Shown piece by piece: positions 45,495 through 48,952 of a stretch of DNA of 48,952 nt. The stretch's first letter is position 1. Each line of letters starts with the position of its first letter. The notes under the pieces are model-generated. The model was not told the DNA's origin. It was given only the letters and a program-made list of their open reading frames with translations, and ran no database searches. Origin of the DNA: an uncultured Clostridia bacterium (lineage in GTDB: Bacteria > Bacillota > Clostridia > Oscillospirales > CAG-272); contig CAJGCF010000002.1 in NCBI GenBank assembly GCA_904501865.1, positions 1-48,952 on the forward strand. Direction: 5' to 3'. Both the position numbers and the translations under genes were made by a program.

Positions 45495-48476
45495 ATGTCA
45501 GAGATAAACAAGAACACGATCACGGGAGAATCCGCTGTCAAACGTGTAAAGCAGAAAAATCTGCTAAACAGGCAACGAACAGCTGTTATACTGATGGCTG
45601 TTGCTATAGCATTGTTGATAGTGGCTCTTCTTGTAGTTAATTATATAGTGCAGATATACGCCTTTGACGATGTTGACGGCACCCGTTATTACATCAAAAA
45701 GGTGGACGGTAGCTATGCCTTGTGCTATAAAAGCGGAGAGGTCTGCGACAAAAACGCGGAGGGATATTATCAAACCGCACTCGGAACACTTGTAAAAATA
45801 GATTCAAAGAGCGGAGAGAGCTCGGTCTATGCCGTAGTTCATACCTCGGATACCGAGGAGATAGGGTATGCTCAGTACGTGCTGATGTTCAAGCAGCTGA
45901 CGTATGATGAAAACTCCACTAAGGACAGCTCCAAAATAATAAAATCCATCGAGGTGCATAACGAGCACGGCACGTATACGTTTGAGCGTGATGAAAATAT
46001 GGATTTTGTTATAGGCAATCACGAAAGCACACCATACGACAGAACGGTATTTGCACAGCTTGCCGTGGCTTGCGGATATACCTTATCTATGAAAAGGCTT
46101 GATACGCCCGTTACACTTGCCGACGGCAGTATTGATTATAGCGAATACGGGCTCGCCTCTGAGATCAGAACCAAGGTGCATATAGATGAAAACGGCAATC
46201 AAGTGGAAACAGAATATGAATATGAGCCCGCCTGGTATATTATCACGACCATGTCGGGAGAGAGCCATAAGGTGATTATCGGAGATATGACTGTCACAGA
46301 GACAGGATATTACGCCCGGTATGAGGGCAGGGATACCATCTACGTTCTTGGCACGTCGGGAATTACTGATCTCGTGCTTGGAAAAGTAGAAGCCTTTGTG
46401 ACACCAACTCTGGTATATCCTATGGGAGAGACCAATTATTTCAACGTGTCGAATTTCATAATATATGACGACATAGATTACGAGACCATTATGGCAGAGC
46501 TTGAAAAGCTCTACGGTGACGGTCAGGTCGCAGACGAGGATGAAATATATGCCGCTTATGAAAAATATCTTGAGGAATACAGCCGCAAAATATGTGATTT
46601 TTCATATAAGAGCCTTGAGGAGCGCGAAGGTACACTCAATGCTCACATTCCCTACGTGTCGGAGCTTGAATATGCCGATGGGTATTATGTCAATAGCTCA
46701 AGCATAGATAAGGTTTTGTATGGATTTTACAAGACCTCATTTGCCGAGGTGGTAAAGCTTTCGCCAAACGAGGAAGACCTTGTACAATGCGGTTTGGAAT
46801 ACGCTCCTCATATCGTGTATTTCGTCTATCACACCACTGATGATAACGGAGATAAGGCTTACGTCCAGAATTACGTGGAAATAAGCGAAATGAATGAGGA
46901 CGGAATATATTACGCATATTCGCCAAACTATGATATGATAGTTTCCGTGGATAGCAGCAGCTTTGATTTTCTCGAATGGGACGAGCTTATGTGGTATGAT
47001 CCAAGCTATATACAACTTGATATATCTCACGTTAAGGACATCATAATAGAATCCCCGAATTTCAGTACGCATTTTGAAATAGAGGATTCTGCGTCAAAAT
47101 ACGCTACCTATACCGCAAAAAGCGGAAAGAGCTTCAAATACGGAGACATTGAGTATAAAATCGTTAAGGATGAGTTAACTGGAAGATATATTCTCACGTG
47201 TAATGGAGCCGCGGTGGATCCCACCTACGAGGGAGATTATCTTATAACGCCCGCAGTCTATACTCCCGGGGTGCCTCAAGGAGAGAATTATATTTTGGCG
47301 GAAACCTCAGAGGTGGATACCAATAAGGACGGCACCAATGACGCATATCTTTACTATTTCTACGTGATAGGATACAATGGGCAAGAATATACTCTTGCGG
47401 CACAGGTGGTCCTGACGGATATGAATGGAAACAGAGTAGCCGAGGATCAGCTGGTCTGGGGGCAGTCGGTGCTTGAGACGGATTATTTCGTCACCAATAG
47501 CGGATACGTGTATTTTACAGGTAAGTTTTCTTATATAGGAAGATATCTTGAGGAAACCTACGGAGAAAAACGAGGCTGGTGGGCGAGCGGAAACGTGTTC
47601 GCTACTTCCGATGGACAGTATGTGCTCGTAGATGCCGATACGGGTGATTGGAGCGTAATAGGCGATACCTCCTGCGGAATATATTTCGCAGATAGGACGG
47701 ATAGCAGATTGGCGCAGCGAGCCGTGGATCTGCCTGCTCTTTATAACGATCAGGGCAAGCTGACAAGATACCCCGAGACTTATTATCCCACCACGGACAA
47801 AAAGATACAGTACAATGAAGAATCGGGCAAGATAATGGCCTATAATAAGACAAGCAAGGTATGGGAGAATATCACGCACAGTGATTGTACCATAGGCGTG
47901 TGGAACGAGGGTGCATATTACGTTCTGGACAATTCAAATATTGTAGTGGTGAATAAAGAAAGCGGAGACTGGGGTATAGTTACCGTATCTCATGATGTGC
48001 TTTATATTGCGGATATAATTGCTGATGGAAGGTTACTCGATTATACCGTTGCCGCGACCAATGAGTACAGTAAATCAGACACGGCAAGCGCTATGGAAAA
48101 TTTCCAGCAGTTCTATAAGGCACTGCTTTACGGCTCTCTTGAGGGAATGACTGAGCTTGACAAGGACGAAAAAGCCGCTCTTGGCGCGCTTGATGATTTT
48201 TCTAATAGTGATGTAAATAATCCATGCCAGCTCAAAATAACAATTGTTGCGAGCGATATAAAGGGAAATAAGCGAAATACTGTTTACAGATTCTATCAAT
48301 ATTCCGAAAGAAAATCTTATATAACTATAGAGACATTGGGCTCAAATGCTTCTGAATCTAATCCGGAAAGAGCGTACGGTAATTTCTACGTGTTACGTTC
48401 CTTTGTGGATAAAATAATTTCAGATGCTGAGAAAGTGGTGGACGGAGAAGCGGTCACAGCGACGTCCAAATATTGA
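45495..48476 (+). CDS. Very large DUF4340-like membrane-anchored protein
   Basis: 993 aa. A single N-terminal TM (RTAVILMAVAIALLIVALLVVNYIV) is followed by a beta-rich exoplasmic region. IKSIEVHNEHGTYTFERDENMDFVIGNHESTPYDRTVFAQLAVACGYT fits the DUF4340 pattern as I recall it. It is last in the operon, which is the usual position of DUF4340 next to GldG-like genes. Confidence 0.6.
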   Translation: MSEINKNTITGESAVKRVKQKNLLNRQRTAVILMAVAIALLIVALLVVNYIVQIYAFDDVDGTRYYIKKVDGSYALCYKSGEVCDKNAEGYYQTALGTLVKIDSKSGESSVYAVVHTSDTEEIGYAQYVLMFKQLTYDENSTKDSSKIIKSIEVHNEHGTYTFERDENMDFVIGNHESTPYDRTVFAQLAVACGYTLSMKRLDTPVTLADGSIDYSEYGLASEIRTKVHIDENGNQVETEYEYEPAWYIITTMSGESHKVIIGDMTVTETGYYARYEGRDTIYVLGTSGITDLVLGKVEAFVTPTLVYPMGETNYFNVSNFIIYDDIDYETIMAELEKLYGDGQVADEDEIYAAYEKYLEEYSRKICDFSYKSLEEREGTLNAHIPYVSELEYADGYYVNSSSIDKVLYGFYKTSFAEVVKLSPNEEDLVQCGLEYAPHIVYFVYHTTDDNGDKAYVQNYVEISEMNEDGIYYAYSPNYDMIVSVDSSSFDFLEWDELMWYDPSYIQLDISHVKDIIIESPNFSTHFEIEDSASKYATYTAKSGKSFKYGDIEYKIVKDELTGRYILTCNGAAVDPTYEGDYLITPAVYTPGVPQGENYILAETSEVDTNKDGTNDAYLYYFYVIGYNGQEYTLAAQVVLTDMNGNRVAEDQLVWGQSVLETDYFVTNSGYVYFTGKFSYIGRYLEETYGEKRGWWASGNVFATSDGQYVLVDADTGDWSVIGDTSCGIYFADRTDSRLAQRAVDLPALYNDQGKLTRYPETYYPTTDKKIQYNEESGKIMAYNKTSKVWENITHSDCTIGVWNEGAYYVLDNSNIVVVNKESGDWGIVTVSHDVLYIADIIADGRLLDYTVAATNEYSKSDTASAMENFQQFYKALLYGSLEGMTELDKDEKAALGALDDFSNSDVNNPCQLKITIVASDIKGNKRNTVYRFYQYSERKSYITIETLGSNASESNPERAYGNFYVLRSFVDKIISDAEKVVDGEAVTATSKY

Positions 48477-48486
48477 TAAAAATATG

Positions 48487-48535
48487 CGTTTCTCTCTTGA
48501 AAACAGAATTTTTGAGAGAGAAACGTGGATTTTTA
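48487..48535 (+). terminator. Hairpin terminator after the ABC/GldG/DUF4340 operon
   Basis: CGTTTCTCTC (48487-48496) pairs with GAGAGAAACG (48516-48525). TGGATTTTT follows. Confidence 0.6.
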
Positions 48536-48584
48536 GCGATTTTTTGTGTATATAAAATTTTTTTGCAAAATTTCAAAATAAGTA

Positions 48585-48613
48585 TTGACAAGGCAGTTTA
48601 TTTGTGATATAAT
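48585..48613 (+). promoter_or_regulatory. Perfect consensus sigma-A promoter for the tRNA operon
   Basis: TTGACA (48585-48590), a 17-nt spacer, then TATAAT (48608-48613) with a TGn extension. The leader hairpin TCGGTG-N13-CACCGA sits just before the first tRNA. Confidence 0.7.
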
Positions 48614-48656
48614 GTTCAAGCGTTCGGTGTGAGCAAGAGCCTTCACCGATAAATAT

Positions 48657-48733
48657 GGCGGGATAGCTCAGTTGGCTAGAGCAACCGGTTCATACCCGGT
48701 AGGTCATGGGTTCAAGTCCAATTCCCGCTACCA
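48657..48733 (+). tRNA. tRNA-Met (anticodon CAU), elongator-like
   Basis: Hand-folded cloverleaf of 77 nt. The acceptor is GGCGGGA/TCCCGCT (G1-U72), the D arm GCTC/GAGC, and the anticodon arm ACCGG-TTCATAC-CCGGT. The T arm ATGGG-TTCAAGT-CCAAT has one G-A mismatch. CCA is encoded. I cannot formally exclude tRNA-Ile2(CAU). Confidence 0.88.
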
Positions 48734-48735
48734 TA

Positions 48736-48755
48736 TTCCGTGCTACCGCACGGAA
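48736..48755 (+). other. Perfect 8-bp hairpin filling the inter-tRNA spacer
   Basis: TTCCGTGC-TACC-GCACGGAA occupies 20 of the 24 nt between tRNA-Met and tRNA-Glu. It may be a processing determinant. Confidence 0.5.
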
Positions 48756-48757
48756 AA

Positions 48758-48832
48758 GGCCCGTTGGTCAAGCGGTTAAGACACGGCCCTTTCACGGCTG
48801 TAACATGGGTTCGATTCCCGTACGGGTCACCA
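48758..48832 (+). tRNA. tRNA-Glu (anticodon UUC)
   Basis: 75 nt. GGCCCGTTGGTCAAGCGGTTAAGACACGGCCCTTTCACGGCTGTAACATGGGTTCGATTCCCGTACGGGTCACCA is nearly identical in pattern to Firmicutes tRNA-Glu. The anticodon loop is CTTTCAC. CCA is encoded. Confidence 0.92.
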
Positions 48833-48881
48833 AAAAAGAAAGAGTAGCACGACGTGCTGCTCTTTCTTTTTTGGTGACCCG
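48823..48881 (+). terminator. 59-nt perfect hairpin (28 bp, GAC triloop) that includes the last 10 nt of tRNA-Glu; probable operon terminator
   Basis: CGGGTCACCAAAAAAGAAAGAGTAGCAC-GAC-GTGCTGCTCTTTCTTTTTTGGTGACCCG. Every position pairs, with one G-U. The descending arm carries the T-run. Confidence 0.6.
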
Positions 48882-48925
48882 CATGGGCTTATGAGAACAC
48901 TTCGACTCGGCAAAGCCGAGTTAGA

Positions 48926-48952
48926 GGTTCGATTCCCGTAGCACGACGTGCT
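48926..48952 (+). repeat. Partial copy of the tRNA-Glu T-arm fused to a copy of the hairpin apex (truncated by the window end)
   Basis: GGTTCGATTCCCGTA (48926-48940) equals 48808-48822. GTAGCACGACGTGCT (48938-48952) equals 48844-48858. The two blocks share the GTA junction. Confidence 0.45.

Noticed and set aside
48873-48952. Region after the tRNA-Glu hairpin considered as a third tRNA (class II with a long variable arm) or the 5' end of tmRNA, because of a CTTCGAC motif and a GGTTCGATTCC T-loop
   Set aside because: I could not fold a D arm, an anticodon arm or a complementary acceptor stem. The T-stem 5' half does not pair. A T-loop only about 25 nt after the TTCGAC motif is incompatible with tmRNA. 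The sequence is truncated by the window, so it is reported only as a repeat.
1-48952. Search for mobile elements, defence systems (restriction-modification, toxin-antitoxin, CRISPR-Cas, abortive-infection-like ATPases/nucleases) and prophage genes
   Set aside because: No integrase, transposase, recombinase, nuclease/helicase pairs, small adjacent TA-like ORF pairs or terminal inverted repeats were seen. The only hint of past integration is the tRNA-derived repeat at the extreme 3' edge.

Overview
This 48.9-kb window looks like a Firmicutes (Clostridia-like) chromosome. All calls come from reading the six-frame ORF track and the raw sequence by eye; no database search was run.

Content:
- Most of the window is tightly packed housekeeping genes of the kind usually found near the replication origin: rpmH-rnpA-yidD-yidC-jag, mnmE, ahcY-mnmG-rsmG, parA-parB-serS, plus hflX, rpmE, holA, split transketolase, proB, sdaA and a class I lysK.
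- The canonical order of these genes is broken into blocks on alternating strands, and dnaA is not next to rpmH.
- Two tRNAs (Met-CAU, Glu-UUC) sit at the 3' end behind a consensus sigma-A promoter.
- I saw no CRISPR array, rRNA, transposase, integrase or phage genes.
- Many near-consensus TTGACA-17-TATAAT promoters and hairpin terminators can be read directly.

Best candidate for an undescribed system: the five-gene operon at 40.1-48.5 kb. It encodes an ABC ATPase, an ABC-2 permease, two tandem GldG-like bitopic proteins and a 993-aa DUF4340-like anchored protein. This is a GldA/F/G-type module with no known substrate, here in a Gram-positive background.

Other items worth a second look:
- A SleC-like spore cortex lytic enzyme split into a separate prodomain ORF and a catalytic ORF, joined by a TAATG overlap.
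- Four parS sites clustered within 171 bp upstream of parAB.
- A class I LysRS fused to a Trbp111/EMAPII-type tRNA-binding domain.
- An AraC regulator with a Cys/Asp-rich tail after its HTH domain.
- An 808-aa Cys-bearing Sel1-repeat protein.
- A 59-nt perfect hairpin that includes the 3' end of tRNA-Glu, followed by a partial tRNA-derived repeat at the window edge.
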